A stretch of DNA of 62,998 nt, the filler included, from Octopus bimaculoides (taxonomy: Eukaryota): the NCBI RefSeq assembly GCF_001194135.2. It is 5 parts of 5 records of this genome, joined end to end, with 100 filler letters (N's around TTAATTAATTAA, not from the genome) between each part and the next. Parts side by side here need not be neighbours in the genome. Positions count along the whole stretch, not along the records: positions 34,789 to 50,194 come from NC_068986.1; positions 50,295 to 62,998 come from NC_069004.1; 3 more parts are not named here. The stretch is one strand, 5' to 3'. This document shows positions 39,160 to 53,339 of the stretch, piece by piece. A model generated the notes under the pieces. The model was not told the origin of the DNA. It was given only the letters and a program-made list of their open reading frames with translations, and made no database searches. A program made the translations under genes and the position numbers. How positions within the stretch are numbered: position 1 is the stretch's first letter; every line of letters starts with the position of its first letter.

Positions 39160-39610
39160 GCACGTATATATATACAAACAGGAGAACCAAAAGCACAAAC
39201 ACTGAAATACTAATACTCCACAGAATTAGTTATATTCCATTTTTACTACAACACATACACGCATACTTGTACTACTACTGCTGCTGCTAATGAGGATTAT
39301 AGTAATTATCATTATTAGCAACATTGTTGTTATTGTTATTGTTGGAGGTGATGGTGGTGTTTATGGTGACAGTTGAGTTGTTGTTGTTGCTGCTGCTGTT
39401 GTTGTGACAATCAAAACTCAAAATCCAATAAACAATAACGATGATGTTGGAGAATGCAAAATAAGATAAGAATTCTCTATTTTTTATCAACAANNNNNNN
39501 NNNNNNNNNNNNNNNNNNNNNNNNNNNNNNNNNNNNNNNNNNNNNNNNNNNNNNNNNNNNNNNNNNNNNNNNNNNNNNNNNNNNNNNNNNNNNAAACACA
39601 GATATGTATG

Positions 39611-39642
<32 letters not shown>

Positions 39643-40755
39643 GCAAAACTACATGAGATATATATGTTTTTACGCATGTGTGTACATGCCCATATACATA
39701 GATTTGAAAATTACGTACATACACGCAAACACATATGCGTGCGTGTGTGTGTGTGTGTATGTGTGTCTTACAACCAACTGTCAACGGTTACGCCGGCATC
39801 CGATTTTCCAATGACAAATAGCCGGATTGAACTAGGGAATCTAAAAAGTACCGCCCACAAAGATCTCATAATCGCACCTCATATAACTTCTTCTAAAAGG
39901 ATGCAAGACAGGGATGACTTACTTAAAGAGGATTTGAACTCTCACAGCGGAGACCCAAACCAAATACCGTGACGGTATTCATCTGTGTGTATTTATGCGT
40001 GCAAGTGTGATATATAAATATATATATANNNNNNNNNNNNNNNNNNNNNNNNNNNNNNNNNNNNNNNNNNNNNNNNNNNNNNNNNNNNNNNNNNNNNNNN
40101 NNNNNNNNNNNNNNNNNNNNNNNNNNNNNNNNNNNNNNNNNNNNNNNNNNNNNNNNNNNNNNNNNNNNNNNNNNNNNNNNNNNNNNNNNNNNNNNNNNNN
40201 NNNNNNNNNNNNNNNNNNNNNNNNNNNNNNNNNNNNNNNNNNNNNNNNNNNNNNNNNNNNNNNNNNNNNNNNNNNNNNNNNNNNNNNNNNNNNNNNNNNN
40301 NNNNNNNNNNNNNNNNNNNNNNNNNNNNNNNNNNNNNNNNNNNNNNNNNNNNNNNNNNNNNNNNNNNNNNNNNNNNNNNNNNNNNNNNNNNNNNNNNNNN
40401 NNNNNNNNNNNNNNNNNNNNNNNNNNNNNNNNNNNNNNNNNNNNNNNNNNNNNNNNNNNNNNNNNNNNNNNNNNNNNNNNNNNNNNNNNNNNNNNNNNNN
40501 NNNNNNNNNNNNNNNNNNNNNNNNNNNNNNNNNNNNNNNNNNNNNNNNNNNNNNNNNNNNNNNNNNNNNNNNNNNNNNNNNNNNNNNNNNNNNNNNNNNN
40601 NNNNNNNNNNNNNNNNNNNNNNNNNNNNNNNNNNNNNNNNNNNNNNNNNNNNNNNNNNNNNNNNNNNNNNNNNNNNNNNNNNNNNNNNNNNNNNNNNNNN
40701 NNNNNNNNNNNNNNNNNNNNNNNNNNNNNNNNNNNNNNNNNNNNNNNNNNNNNNN

Positions 40756-40798
<43 letters not shown>

Positions 40799-40929
40799 TA
40801 TATATACACATACGTGTATTTTTACATACATACATATGCAAGCATAAAGTGTACGCACGCCTACATGTGCACAAAAACACAGACACACATATGCATGTAT
40901 GCATGTGTATAATGTATATGTATACACAC

Positions 40930-40969
<40 letters not shown>

Positions 40970-41015
40970 NNNNNNNNNNNNNNNNNNNNNNNNNNNNNNN
41001 NNNNNNNNNNNNNNN

Positions 41016-41069
<54 letters not shown>

Positions 41070-41548
41070 TCACGCATAGATGCATTCATAAACATACCGC
41101 ATTGAGGAAACACAGCTAGATATATGGTGATGATTCTGTTGCAATAGAAGAGACTATCGAGAGATATCTTGCAAGTGAATGCGATAAAAATATCGGTTAA
41201 ATGATTAGCAGGAGGCGAGGAATTGAATCAGGGTTATCTAAAGACATCTTCTCACTAGCTCAGGCAAGACTGTCGATGATAAGACGAACTGGCAGATATT
41301 CAATTACTTCTCAATGCTTTCAAGATGACAACGACGTTGTCAATGCTGTCAAAGCAGCGTCAAACGACCGCCCCAGCTACACCAGCATTTCATCGGAAGC
41401 ATACACACACACACGCGCGTACCAATACACGTACGAGCCGACTCTCATACAGATATGTGTGTGTGTGTCCGTGTACATAAACATATATACACACACACAT
41501 ATATATGTGTGTGTGTCCGTGTACGTAAACATATTTACACACACACAC

Positions 41549-41584
<36 letters not shown>

Positions 41585-42106
41585 AAATACATACAAATAT
41601 ACATATATGTCTATGTGCATAATTTATATATATATACATGTATGTATGCATGTGCGCAAAAATATTTATATATATGNNNNNNNNNNNNNNNNNNNNNNNN
41701 NNNNNNNNNNNNNNNNNNNNNNNNNNNNNNNNNNNNNNNNNNNNNNNNNNNNNNNNNNNNNNNNNNNNNNNNNNNNNNNNNNNNNNNNNNNNNNNNNNNN
41801 NNNNNNNNNNNNNNNNNNNNNNNNNNNNNNNNNNNNNNNNNNNNNNNNNNNNNNNNNNNNNNNNNNNNNNNNNNNNNNNNNNNNNNNNNNNNNNNNNNNN
41901 NNNNNNNNNNNNNNNNNNNNNNNNNNNNNNNNNNNNNNNNNNNNNNNNNNNNNNNNNNNNNNNNNNNNNNNNNNNNNNNNNNNNNNNNNNNNNNNNNNNN
42001 NNNNNNNNNNNNNNNNNNNNNNNNNNNNNNNNNNNNNNNNNNNNNNNNNNNNNNNNNNNNNNNNNNNNNNNNNNNNNNNNNNNNNNNNNNNNNNNNNNNN
42101 NNNNNG

Positions 42107-42142
42107 ATGAGGATGATGATGATGAGGATGATGATGAGGATG

Positions 42143-42174
<32 letters not shown>

Positions 42175-42196
42175 GATGATGGCGGTGGTGGTGATG

Positions 42197-42227
<31 letters not shown>

Positions 42228-42248
42228 CGACGACGATGATGATGATGG

Positions 42249-42281
<33 letters not shown>

Positions 42282-42557
42282 CGACGATGATGATGATGGT
42301 GATGATGATGACGATGATGATGATGATGGTGATGATGATGGTGACGGTGATGATAATAAGTTGATGGTGATGATGACAATGATGATGACATCTGTGGTTA
42401 CAGTGATGAGGAGGTGAGCATGCTGCAATCGACATTAGAATGTTACGTGTTTTATTACTTCAGGATCTCGTCGTCACAATCCTCAAAATAATCTTCATCA
42501 TAATAACAATCATCATCATCATCGTCATCATCATCATCGTCATCATCATCATCGTCG

Positions 42558-42599
<42 letters not shown>

Positions 42600-43496
42600 A
42601 TCGACATCACCGTTATCCTCACTATCGTCGGCGTCACCTTCGATGAGTTCAAGTCATCGCATCCCTTGTAAATCATTGAAATAGTCACCAGCATCCTCAG
42701 TCTTATCATCATCATCATCATCACCGTAATAATATTCGTGATCAGCATTTTTTCCTTGTGCTACTTTTATGCCTTTTTCCTCCAACATCATCATCGTCAT
42801 CATCATCATCATCATCATCATCAATCGACATCACCGTTATCCTCACTATCGTCGCCAGCATCCTCAGTCTTATCATCATCATCATCATCATCACCGTAAT
42901 AATATTCGTGATCAGCATCTTTTCCTTGTGCTACTTTTATACCTTTTTCCTCCATCATCATCGTCGTCATCATCATCATCAACATGCAGAACATCAGCAG
43001 CGGCATCAGGAACAACAGCAGCAGCATCTCGCCTTTGCGTCAACATCTCAGGAGCAGCAGCACCATAAATATGATTGACATCAGCATCATCGTTAGTGCT
43101 ATCATTTGCAACATCAATAACACCAGCATCCTTATCGTTATCAACGTGGCAATATCACCGATATCTCCAACATACCTTAATCATTACAAATATCATTTAC
43201 TGCCATCGTCGTCGTCGTCGTCGTCATTATAGTCATCATCGTTTTGTCATCGTCATCGTCATCGTCATCATCATCTCCGTCGTCTCTCCTCCGAAGTCTC
43301 GGGTCGTATAGGTTCCAATCACGATCACGGACGTGAACATCAACATCAATCTCCTATTATCAGAGGTCGTCTCCACCACCACCACCAGCATCACCACCAC
43401 CGCCGCCGCCACCACCACCGCCACCATCATCATCATCATCATCATCACCATCATCGCCGTCTCTATCATCATCATCATCGTCATCATAATCGCCGT

Positions 43497-43538
<42 letters not shown>

Positions 43539-43770
43539 CGCAATCATCATCATCATCATCATAATCATCATCATCATCATCATCATCATCGTCATCATCA
43601 CCACCACCACCACCATTGTCATCATCATCATCAACGACATCATCATCATCATCATCATTATCATCATCGTCATCATCATCTCCATCATCTCCATCATCGT
43701 CATCATCATCATCATCATCATCTCCATCATCGTTATCATCATCATCATCGTCGTCGTCGTCGTCGTCTTG
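42107..43770. repeat. (GAT)n/(CAT)n trinucleotide low-complexity field containing a local duplication
   Basis: Read directly. The duplicated unit spans about 42598-42820 and 42821-42970. Confidence 0.9.
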
Positions 43771-44182
43771 TCATCTTTACGCTCATCTCATCTTCGTCTC
43801 CTTTATCGTTATCTTCATCAATGTCATCTAATATCCATCATTATATTTAAACACCATTTTTAATCAACATTACTGTCAAATCACAACCCGGGTTGTCAAC
43901 ATGATTGCCAACGTTTGCTCAGATATTTATGTGCGTACCGTCAACATTATCAGTATATTATCAACATTATCATTGTCCCCCATCGTATTACACTCATCGT
44001 TAATGCAGCGAGTTGTCAGCAGTTTGATATAATCGATTAACCCGCTGTCCCCAAATCCCACGTCTTGTTCGTATAGTAAAAACGATTGTTTATAGAACCC
44101 ATTATGGTGACGCGATGACAGACTCGTTACCGCGCCGGATAAAAGCACTGAATAGTGTTTCTTCCGTCTTTTTATTGTGTAG

Positions 44183-44891
44183 TCTTTTACACTTTTACTT
44201 GTTTCAGTCATTTGACAGCGGCCATGCTGGAGCACCGCCTTTAGTCGAGCAAATCAACCTCGGGACTTATTCTTTGTAAGCCTAGTACTTATTCTATCGG
44301 TCTCTTTTTGCCGAACCGCTAGGTGACGGGGTACATAATCACACCAGCATCGGTTGTCAAACAATGCTAGGGGGACAAACAGACACACAAACATACACAC
44401 ACACATNNNNNNNNNNNNNNNNNNNNNNNNNNNNNNNNNNNNNNNNNNNNNNNNNNNNNNNNNNNNNNNNNNNNNNNNNNNNNNNNNNNNNNNNNNNNNN
44501 NNNNNNNNNNNNNNNNNNNNNNNNNNNNNNNNNNNNNNNNNNNNNNNNNNNNNNNNNNNNNNNNNNNNNNNNNNNNNNNNGTTTTTGAGGAAAAGCAACA
44601 AAAATTCAATAGGTTATAGCAGTTTTTGGTTTTTACCCTACCAAATTCTGGTGCCTCAAACATTTTAATTACCGCATTTAATCTTTTGATTAAATCTATA
44701 TAATTATTATATATATATACATATATACGACCGGATTCTTTCAGTTTCCGTCTACCAAATCCACTCACAAGGCTTTGGTCGGCCCGAGGCTATAGTAGAA
44801 GACACTTGCCCAAGGTGTCACGAAGTGGGATTGAACCCGGAACCATGTGGTTGGTAAGCAAGCGACTTACCACACAGCCACTCCTGCACCT
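44183..44891 (-). mobile_element. SINE family B, full length, with an expanded and gapped internal microsatellite region
   Basis: 3' half at 44183-44406, 5' half at 44720-44891. Confidence 0.85.
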
Positions 44892-45186
44892 TTAAATTTC
44901 ACCGATGTCGACTTTGTCTTTAATCTTTTCGGAGTCGATGAAATAAATACGGAGTTTGATGTAATGGGGGTTGATGTAATCGATAATCCTAATCGGCTAA
45001 AAGTTTCAGGATTTTAGCCTACAGTAGAAAACGTTCTGTTAATCCTTATTAACGTTCTGTTAATCCTTATTAACGTTCTGTTAATCCTCATGATCACCGC
45101 AACCACTCACGCCATCAACAACATGAAAACAAACAACTGAAGCCGCAATAAAGATATCCCGGTAATCAAAATTAATGTTAAATAAT

Positions 45187-45790
45187 AAGGCGCGAGCTGG
45201 CAGAAACGTTAGCATGCCGGATGAAACGCTTATCGGTATTTCGTCTGTCTTTCTGTTCTGAGTTCAGTGTAGGCGCAATGGCCCAGGGGTTAGGGCAACG
45301 GACTCGCGGTTTCGATTACCAGACCGGGCGTTGTCAGTGTTTATTGAGCGAAAACACCTAAAGCTCTACGAGGCTCCGGCAGGGGATGGTGGCGAACCCT
45401 GCTGTACTCTTTCGCCACAACTTTCTCTCACTCTTACTTCCTGTTTCTGTTGTGCCTGTAATTCAAAGGGTCAGCCTTGTCACACATTGTGTCACGCTGA
45501 ATATCCCCGAGAACTACGTTAATGGTACACATGTCTGTGGAGTGCTCAGCCACTTGCACGTTAATTTCACGAGCAGGCTGTTCCGTTGATCGGATCAACT
45601 GGAACCCTCGACGTCGTAAGCGATGGAGTGCCAACAACAACAATGTTCTGAGTTCACATTCCGCTGAGGTTGACTTTGTCTTTCATCCTTTCGGGGCCGA
45701 TAAACTAAATAGTAATTGCGTACTGGAGTCGATCTAATCGACTGGAACCCTCCCACAAAATTTCTGGCCTTGTGCTTAGAATAGAAAAGA
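45187..45790 (+). mobile_element. Family A SINE interrupted by a family C SINE
   Basis: Family A head at 45187-45266; the core resumes at 45644. Confidence 0.85.
45267..45643 (+). mobile_element. SINE family C with 13-bp TSD
   Basis: TGTTCTGAGTTCA at 45254-66 and 45644-56; (AAC)n tail. Confidence 0.9.
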
Positions 45791-45947
45791 TTATTGGATA
45801 TACCAGGGTGGCGAGCTGACAGAAAAGTTAGCATGCCGGACGAAATGCTTAGCGGTATTTCGTCTGCCGTTACGTTCTGGCAGTAGAAATGTTACCAAAA
45901 TCATCATCGTTATCAGCAGCAGCAGTAGTAGCAGTAGCAGCAGCAGC

Positions 45948-45979
<32 letters not shown>

Positions 45980-46110
45980 CAGTAGCAGTAGTAGTAGTAG
46001 AAGAATGAAGTAGAAATAAAATATAGTACAGCTAATAAATTCCAAACGCGTAGATTCTGTTCTTCACGATTATTAAATAAAAGGAAAAACAGGATGGATA
46101 AAAAAGGGAA

Positions 46111-46141
<31 letters not shown>

Positions 46142-47042
46142 TAGAGAACAGAATATGAGGAACAGGAAGAAGACGAGGAGGGAGAAGAAACCATGAGGAG
46201 GAGAGGGAAGAAAGGGAGAGGAAGCGGAAAAGACCAAATAGAACGATGCGGGGTGAAAGGGAGAAAGGGATTAAAAAAGAAAATTCAATAAACAATTTTA
46301 AAAATGTTTAGAAGGGGGTGGGTTAAAAATAAGCTTTGAAGAAAGGGTTAAGGAGGAGTAGGTAATATAGTACCCATCGTGTAAGATGTTCCGGAGACAC
46401 CCCACTCAGACTTGCCCTTGAGTTTAGGCTTATACTCTCATATGCAAACAGACAAGATGACCTGTCTCATTATGCATAGACAATATAACTAATTTAAATC
46501 TATCTAAGGAGTCATTATGACAATCTACAGCGCGCTGGTAGAAAACGGAGCTTGGTGTCTTTCCAACGTAAGTGTTCTAATGATCCCCGAATCTTTCCCT
46601 AATACTCCAAGAGGTTCCACCTATGTAACAGTCATGGAAACCTGTACATGTTTCTTCTTGGTACCTTATTCGGCACACTGTTTCTAACTTTGCATTAATA
46701 TGTGAAGTTGGAGAACAAGCAGCGCAGCTAATTGGAAGATTTTTGGAAATATGCTGGCAAATTCACTTTTCGGTATTGCATCTACACACAGAACAGTTTC
46801 AAACTTTTGTTCTCATAACAAGTTGTTATCATGGTTCTTTTATAGATATCAATGCTATCACAGCAGTTCCAGCAACTGTTATTGATATCAGTTGCATTTT
46901 TGTTGCAGACAGTATGTTTATTACGACTCTCATTTTTAACATCATTATCAACTCCACCAGCAGAAATAAGATCATTTTAATCATTAGCATCAGCATCAAA
47001 ATATTAGTCAGCATCATTGACATTGTTGTTATTATTGTTGTT

Positions 47043-47086
<44 letters not shown>

Positions 47087-47216
47087 ATTCTTCAGACTCT
47101 CTTTTCTTAATCTTATGTAGTTTGCATATATTTTACATGTAACAAACTTTTTGAAATATGTTTTTCTTTCTCCTTTATCATCATGATGTTTGTCTTTTAC
47201 ACACATACATCCATAC

Positions 47217-47291
<75 letters not shown>

Positions 47292-48164
47292 AATATACAT
47301 AAATTTTTCTCTTCGGTGTTGCACTTCTGATTGCTAAAGATATAAGCTCCAAAAAGATTAAATTCTCTTAAACCAATTGTAGCTTATTGAATTTTACTGA
47401 GCTTATACCTTCCAATTAGAATTTTAAGTCGAATGCTTTACGCAATATCCTTTAAACAGTTTTCTCTCATTTTTATATACTTGCATCATTTTTGCTTCTT
47501 TTCCTCCATTACATTTCCAATAAAGAAAATAGAAATTAATAATGTATTTATACTTTTTATCTCCTAATTTCTTTTGCAACCATTTATTTATGTATCTTTA
47601 TTAATTATTTTAATTAGTTTCGTTTTTCACTTTTCTCACAAACAAATATATAAATATACAAATGCTTCTGAAAAGATTTAGAGATTTACGTTTAAGATTT
47701 TTTTACCTTCTCTTATCCGAGCAATCCTTGGAGCTAAACTTGCTTAACAGACATCAACCAGGATGTAACAGCATAATTCTATCCTCTTCTTCTTTCTACA
47801 GCTTGTATCTATTCTTCAGATTATTTTTCTCTGTCTTCCCCCAGCCAACTGATTACTCATTTCCCTCTTTCATCTTTATATAATTTTAGCCCATATAAAT
47901 GTTGGTTGCGTGGTTTCTCTAGTCACGCTATATATAGCATAGAGAGAGGGACAAGGGGATGTACCACAAAGGAAATACCGAGGGAGTTAACATAAGTGAT
48001 GCAGAAGGAGTGCACATATCTGGTTTGGTGGCGGGCAATGAGTCAATGAATAAACTCAATGAGACAAATATTGTTTGAAGGAGTAAAGAACGAGGTAGTT
48101 AGATGTACAAGAAAATAACCCCAAAATAGTGAAACCTTATTCTCATGAATATTTTCCTTAGAAA

Positions 48165-48362
48165 AGGCGGTGAGTTGCAAAAATGTCTAGCGCCATTTTG
48201 TCCGACCTCACGTTTTGAGTCTACATTCCGCTGAGGCTGATTTTGTCTTTCATCTCTTTCGGGGTCAATGAAACAACCACAAAGCAAAAAAGGGGTCGAT
48301 TCGATTGGCTTAGATCCTCTCCACGAAAACTGCTGACCTTTTGCCGAAATTTGAAGCCAATA
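48165..48362 (+). mobile_element. SINE family A (diverged)
   Basis: AAGGCGGTGAGTTGCAAAA...TTCCGCTGAGGCTGATTTTGTCTTTCATCTCTTTCGGGGTC. Confidence 0.7.
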
Positions 48363-48650
48363 TTTTCCTTAGTTTTCTGTTCTCTGTGCAAGGTTGTTAG
48401 GCTTTACTTTTGCTTTAATCATTAAAATATTGGCTAATTTTAGTATTTATAACAATCTTCTCTACATTAGTATATCATTTCATTCACCGCAATAGCATTT
48501 GCACACTTTTGTCATTACGGGTAACATCAGGAAATGTGGCTTTTATACAATAATTAATACGTAACTTTCATCAAATTATCCATGGTAGCAAACACAAACT
48601 ACTAACGTTAACGTAATAGGATAGGTGAATTTATAAGTTATTAAAATCTT

Positions 48651-49505
48651 TTCTACTATAGGCACAAGGCCTGAAATTTGGGGGCGGGGACTAGTCGATT
48701 ACATCGACCCCGGTGTTTCCCTGGTACATAGTTTATCGACCCCGAAAGGATGAAAGGCAAAGTCGAGCTCGGTGGAGTTTGAATTCAGAACGTAGCGATC
48801 GGTGATATACCGCTAAGCGTTTCGTCCAGATCGCTACTGATTATGCATACTCAACGACTTCATAATATATTATATATTCCTCTATTGCCGACAGAGGGCT
48901 AAACATAGAGGGGACAAACAAGGACAGAGAAAGGGTTTAAGTCAATTACATCGACACCAGTGCGTAACTGGTACTTATTTAATCGACCCCGAAATGATAA
49001 AAGGCAAAGTCGACCTCAGCGGAGTTTGAACTCAAAATGTAGCGACGGGCGATATACCGCTAAGCGTTTTGTCTAACGTGCTAACGATTATGCCAACTGG
49101 GTCCCACCTGCAAGGTAATGCACTGTTTATCTTGATATGAGGTCACCATGTCGCGCACATATGGTTGTGATACATGTGCCTGGTGTACCCTTATCAGACG
49201 GGTAGTCATGGTGGGTCTTCTAGGCTTCGTATATTTTACCCCAGTGTCACCTTGATGGCATGCACTACTCTCTCACTGAATAATTATAATAATAGTCCTT
49301 TCTACTGGAAGCACAAGGCCTCAAATTTGGGAGAAAGGAATAAGTCGATCACATCGACCCCAGTGCGTAACTGGAACTTATTTAATTGAACCCGAAAAGA
49401 TCAAAGGCAAAGTCGGCCTCAGCGGAGTTTGAACTCAGAACGTAGCGACGGGCGAAATACCGCTAAGCGTTTCGTCCAGCGTGCTAACGATTATGCCAAT
49501 CCAAC
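48651..49505 (-). mobile_element. Three head-to-tail family A SINEs, with another repeat at about 49086-49290
   Basis: Reverse-complement cores at about 48735, 48985 and 49390. The intervening repeat matches 17660-17725 in reverse. Confidence 0.85.
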
Positions 49506-49539
49506 GACTTTATAATATCTTATAATGCCACTAAGGATG

Positions 49540-49750
49540 ATGAACAGGCAGAATCATTATCACGTCGAACAAATTGTCTAGCGACATTTCTTCCAGCTCT
49601 TTACGTTCTGATTCCAAATTCCATTGATATTGATTTTTGCTTTCCTGAATCAGGATCGATAAAATAACTTACCAGTCAGGTACCTGAGGTTGAGCCAATC
49701 GACTTGCACCTCCCCATCAAAATTTCTGGCCTTGTGTCAATATTTTGAAA
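49540..49750 (+). mobile_element. SINE family A (diverged)
   Basis: GGCAGAATCATTATCACG...TTCTGATTCCAAATTCC...GATCGATAAAATAACTTACCAG. Confidence 0.65.
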
Positions 49751-50294
49751 CAAGATATAAATCCACCTGATTGCCATTCCAGTTTTTATATTTTGTCATG
49801 CAGCCAGTGAAATCAACTAATATTCTTCTTAGCATGGGATATTTATAAAATTCTTAATGTCCCCGCTGGATAGTCCACGGTTAATTTAGAAAATCACTAA
49901 GTATTGAAGAACAATACGACTTATGAAATGTTTCATTGGAAGCTACATGCACACACGAAATATAAATATATATGTATATATATGTATACAATCACTATAT
50001 GAGTATATGCATATATATGTACATGTATGTATATACCTTCATCCACTTGTACATATAGATACATAACTGGGTACATGACGTGGCAAAAGAACATGGACAA
50101 AATGGTAAACAAGGTGCAACAAACAAGCAGGCCACTATATGTATATATATATGTATGTATATATGTATGTATGTATATATATATATATATATATNNNNNN
50201 NNNNNNNNNNNNNNNNNNNNNNNNNNNNNNNNNNNNNNTTAATTAATTAANNNNNNNNNNNNNNNNNNNNNNNNNNNNNNNNNNNNNNNNNNNN

Positions 50295-50356
<62 letters not shown>

Positions 50357-50520
50357 GTGACGTATAAAGACACTAACACAGAAGTACGTATGTGTAAACT
50401 CACGTACAGATAGATCTACGCATACACACAAACCCAAACACACACCTGCACGCACCGACAACACAGGCACACACGATTCACACAGATGGAGAGACAGGAT
50501 CGTTCAGGCACTCTGTCGCA

Positions 50521-50590
50521 CACAGGCACACACAGGCGTACACAGGCGTACGCAGGCGTACACAGGCGTACACAGGCGTACACAGGCGTA
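50521..50590. repeat. 10-bp tandem repeat (CACAGGCGTA)x6-7
   Basis: Read directly. Confidence 0.85.
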
Positions 50591-52059
50591 AATACTCACA
50601 CACAGAACTTTACATCCACATTCACACTCAGATATACCCAAATTCACACACCAACACACATACAAATAAAACGACACACGCATTCACACACACACAAATA
50701 AAACAATTCACATACACATACAGATGAAACCACACACACACACACACATACACACACACACAAACACACACGCACACACACACACACACACATACACACA
50801 CACACGCACAGACGCAGAGTCAACTGATGTCATTTACCATTAAGTGTTTGGTTAACGCTAATGGTTTTCAAAGTATTCCAGTTGTTGTCGCTGTTGTTGT
50901 TGCTCTACCTGTTGTTGTTGTTGTTGTGGAAATTCATGCAGTTCTTGACTTAGCTTTCGACTGTGTTGTTATTGTAATGATTGTTGTTGTTGTTGCAACT
51001 GTTGTGGCTGTCCTTCTTTCGTTTTCCCGGTCAAACAATTGATGTTGTTGTTCGTGATGTTGGAGCTGTTGCTTTCTATCATTCTGTGATTATGTTGCGA
51101 ATGTTGTCGCTAATGTTGCTGTCGGCCACTGGTGTTGCTACTGCAATTGTTGTTGTTATTCTTGCTATTCTTGCTATTGTTGCTATTAATATTGTCGTTG
51201 TTGTTGTTGCTATTCTTATGCTGTTGTTATTGTTTCGTCGTTTTTTTTTTGTTGTCCTCGTCATCGTCGCTGTTGCTATTGTGGTTGCTAATGCTGTTGC
51301 TGTGTTGTTGTTGTTGTTTTTCTTTTAATTATTGCTTAGCAGCAGTTATGCTCTGAGTGAGCAGGCCTATGATCAAAGACAATCCAGTAATGACCATCAT
51401 TGTTGTTGTTATTGCTATTGTTCTTATTATTACCGCCATAGCTGCCGCGGCTGCTGCTGCTGTTGTCGCTGTAACGTCTGCTGCTGTTCGTGTTGAAGCT
51501 TCACCTGCTGTTCTTTGTGTTCACGCTGCATCTAATATATTGTTGTTGTTGTTTCTGTTATTGTTTGTTGTTGGCGGTGATGAGGATAACGGCGACGGCA
51601 GCAACGACGAGGACAATGATGATGATGACGATGAAGATGACAATGATGATGATGACGATGATGATTATGATGATGATGATGATGACGATGATNNNNNNNN
51701 NNTGATGTTGGTAGTGAAGAAGACGTAGAAGAAAAAGTTGATGATGATGATGGAGTTGATGATGGTGATGATGATGATGATAATAATTATAATAATAATA
51801 ATAATAATTATAATAATTATAATAATAAGATGAAGAAGAAGAAGAAGAAGAAGAATAAGTAGAAGAAAAAATTAGTGTATGAATAATCTACTTCTAAATA
51901 TACAAGGTTTCAATATTAGTGTATCACTAATCCATTCCTAAGTCTGCATCTAGAAGTGTTAGTCAAGGGTGTTATTTAGTGTTTATGTATAGACAAGTAC
52001 ATTCAGAAACAANNNNNNNNNNTGATGATGATGATGATGATGATGATGATAATGATGAT

Positions 52060-52094
<35 letters not shown>

Positions 52095-52189
52095 ATGATG
52101 ATGATGATGATGATGACGACGATGATGATGATGATGATTATGATGACGACGACGACGATGATGATGATGATGATGCCTATGCCGCTATG

Positions 52190-52590
52190 ACACTTGCACT
52201 CAACGCTGAGAACAATGAAAAGAAAAGCAGATTCAAGTCCAGCAAGGTGCATCGTATGGCTTCAGCGAAGCAGAAGTCGACCTGGACAGGTTCCTCTTGG
52301 CTTAACTGCAAACGTCAGCTTCAATGCGTACACAGACACTCATGCATACGCGTCCCTACATAAAACACACGAATATGGAGACGAGGTGAGGTTGCTGAAA
52401 CGTCCCTGGCTTTTAGGGTCACCAAAGTTCTGGCTGGAGGCTGAGCGTTCCGAATTCCGAGTTGCATGGCTTAGAAAAACTGAAAGACCGCAGCAATATG
52501 TGTGTGAATCTGAGAAGGGAATGTGTTGGATAAAATCATAATTAACTGATCCTCCTGTATATTCTATTACCCAAAGCCAGGATCTTTGCA
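52190..52590 (-). pseudogene. Degenerate Tc1/mariner (maT-like) transposase C-terminal fragment
   Basis: Minus frames EAVLQRSWLWV...YDFIQ...SH...QNF.D...SVYALKLTF loosely follow VLxxVVxPW...YVFQQD..H...NF.DF...SVxALKxSL. Heavily decayed. Confidence 0.4.
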
Positions 52591-52596
52591 GTACCG

Positions 52597-52653
<57 letters not shown>

Positions 52654-53025
52654 NNNNNNNNNNNNNNNNNNNNNNNNNNNNNNNNNNNNNNNNNNNNNNN
52701 NNNNNNNNNNNNNNNNNNNNNNNNNNNNNNNNNNNNNNNNNNNNNNNNNNNNNNNNNNNNNNNNNNNNNNNNNNNNNNNNNNNNNNNNNNNNNNNNNNNN
52801 NNNNNNNNNNNNNNNNNNNNNNNNNNNNNNNNNNNNNNNNNNNNNNNNNNNNNNNNNNNNNNNNNNNNNNNNNNNNNNNNNNNNNNNNNNNNNNNNNNNN
52901 NNNNNNNNNNNNNNNNNNNNNNNNNNNNNNNNNNNNNNNNNNNNNNNNNNNNNNNNNNNNNNNNNNNNNNNNNNNNNNNNNNNNNNNNNNNNNNNNNNNN
53001 NNNNNNNNNNNNNNNNNNNNNNNNN

Positions 53026-53061
<36 letters not shown>

Positions 53062-53167
53062 ACATATATACATATGGCAGGACTTAAAAGTTCAAAAGAG
53101 AAAAATTCAAATTTTTTGAGAGGTCCAAAAAGAGAGAATGTATGTATACAAGTATACACATACACAA

Positions 53168-53212
<45 letters not shown>

Positions 53213-53339
53213 TAAATATACATATTTATATTTACCTGTATATGCTATATATCTAGGTAAATAAATAAATATGTGAGTGCGTGTGTGTGTCTGTATGTAT
53301 GTAGTTAAAAACACACATACATATGGGCACTTAAATATA

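Noticed and set aside
41290-41400. CFQDDNDVVNAVKA resembling a mariner C-terminus
   Set aside because: The match is too short, with no SPDL motif or TIR nearby.
46531-46567. CAG...GTAAGT-bounded 37-bp segment that could be an exon
   Set aside because: The length would shift the frame and no frame resembles a Slit LRR.
47662-47883. Leu/Phe-rich ORFs in AT-rich unique sequence (also 46743-47120)
   Set aside because: The composition reflects T-richness; there is no LxxLxLxxN pattern with compatible splice sites.
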